From NCBI GenBank assembly GCA_000182565.2, contig KQ257462.1: a stretch of 64,000 nucleotides of DNA, one strand, 5' to 3'. Positions 62,926 through 64,000 of this stretch are shown in pieces. How positions within the stretch are numbered: position 1 is the first letter of the stretch; every line of letters begins with the position of its first letter. Origin of the DNA: Spizellomyces punctatus DAOM BR117 (Eukaryota). The position numbers and the translations under genes were made by a program. A model generated the notes under the pieces. That model searched no databases, had not been told where the DNA came from, and saw only the letters and a program-made list of their open reading frames with translations.

Positions 62926-64000
62926 TCATCCTAACCTAATCACAGATTTCTGGTCGGCACGTAACGGTTCGCGTACCATGGAACAAAGCATCGAGCGTGC
63001 ATATGGGGTACTTGAAAGGCCATGATCAGCGAACGCAAGTGAGAGTTTGTGTCTAGAGTATAGAGGTAAGAGCGTGAGAGGGGGGTAAGGAAGGAGATGT
63101 TTTGGAGGGAACTTACCTGGGGTCTTTGAGGAGGTCTTGAGATGTGTATCCGGGAATATTATACAAGGGTTTCTTAATAAAAATAAACAAATACATAAAA
63201 AACCGAAAAAAAAAAGAAAAAACCGAAATACAAAAACACAAACAGATTTCTCAGCCTTTAGAAAATGTGTCCACGCTTCCGTATTCCCCCAAATCCTCGT
63301 CCAATCACTCTGAGCCTGAACTGCCACTGTAGCGCGAAGGGCATCTAAACGTGCTTGGAGTTTCAGAGATTCTAAATGTGTTTGACGAGTTTGGTGGGCT
63401 TTGGAGAGTTGTTTTTGGGTTTGGAGGGTTTGGCGGTGGTGTATGCGGGTTTGATTGTACTTTGCAAAGTGTAAGTGAGAGGTTTTGGAAATGAGATTGG
63501 GAGTAGACGTACTTGAATGCGATGGAGGGTTTCGATTGTATACGCTTCTTGGAGGTCTAGTGAGGTTTGGATTTGGGAGAGGAGTGTTTGATGTTTTTTT
63601 GTGTGGTAGGTTTTTAGCATTTCTTGGGTTTTTTGGCGGGTTTGACGGGTTTGTTCCTATTTAACCCAAACACGTTTATTATTTTCGTTAAGATACATAA
63701 TTGTGCTGTATCGTTTTGTTGTTGTTGTGTACCTCCAATAAAAGCCGTTGCTCCTCTTGGTTCCGCAATCGAATCTCCTCAACACGCATGTCATGTCGAA
63801 TTTGCTCCATTTTCTGATGTCGCCATGTACGCACTCTTGCATGAAGATCCTCTAACCGCTCCATACGGTCCTGAGTTTCCTGTTCAGCGACAAGAGCCCG
63901 ATGGTGGTCTATGGTAGCTTGCGTGTAGAGGGTTAATGTATCGGAAATATGTTGGGTGAGTGTGGTTTGGAGGGTTGTTTTGAGGGATTTAAGTGTTGAG
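62926..64000 (-). CDS. CCDC148-like coiled-coil protein, 3' part (continues beyond the window)
   Basis: Coiled-coil exon ..RLEDLHARVRTWRHQKMEQ.., VAVQAQSDWTRIWGNTEAW and C-terminus SRHKLSLAFADHGLSSTPYARSML..RADQKSV resemble the CCDC148 C-terminus as I recall it. Confidence 0.6.

Overview
Intron-rich eukaryotic DNA from a fungus, most likely a chytrid; the two large intronless ORFs closely resemble the Spizellomyces punctatus Fanzor protein as I recall it. The main finding is two complete, diverged, oppositely oriented Fanzor1 elements (eukaryotic TnpB-like RNA-guided endonucleases) at 4554-6887 (+) and 33816-35952 (-). Each has perfect 28-bp terminal inverted repeats (TIRs), a TA target-site duplication (TSD) and 5'-CATA directly before the left end. 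Each encodes an intact ~630-aa RuvC/zinc-finger ORF followed by a conserved ~75-nt omegaRNA scaffold that runs through the right TIR into a locus-specific flank (predicted guide). Neither element encodes a transposase. Host genes: CRT10-like WD40 protein, YcnI-like copper-binding protein, a conserved fungal hypothetical protein with KSP repeats, tRNA-Leu(CAA), a Ser/Thr kinase, a multi-TM protein, phosphoacetylglucosamine mutase, an alpha/beta hydrolase, tomosyn/Sro7, Spo11, Cdc50/Lem3, HP1/Swi6, an SDR, a Yvc1-like TRP channel, a PLC-like phosphodiesterase, Rpt2, Argonaute and a CCDC148-like gene. Coordinates of spliced genes are outer bounds read by eye, and all family calls come from motif recognition, not database searches.
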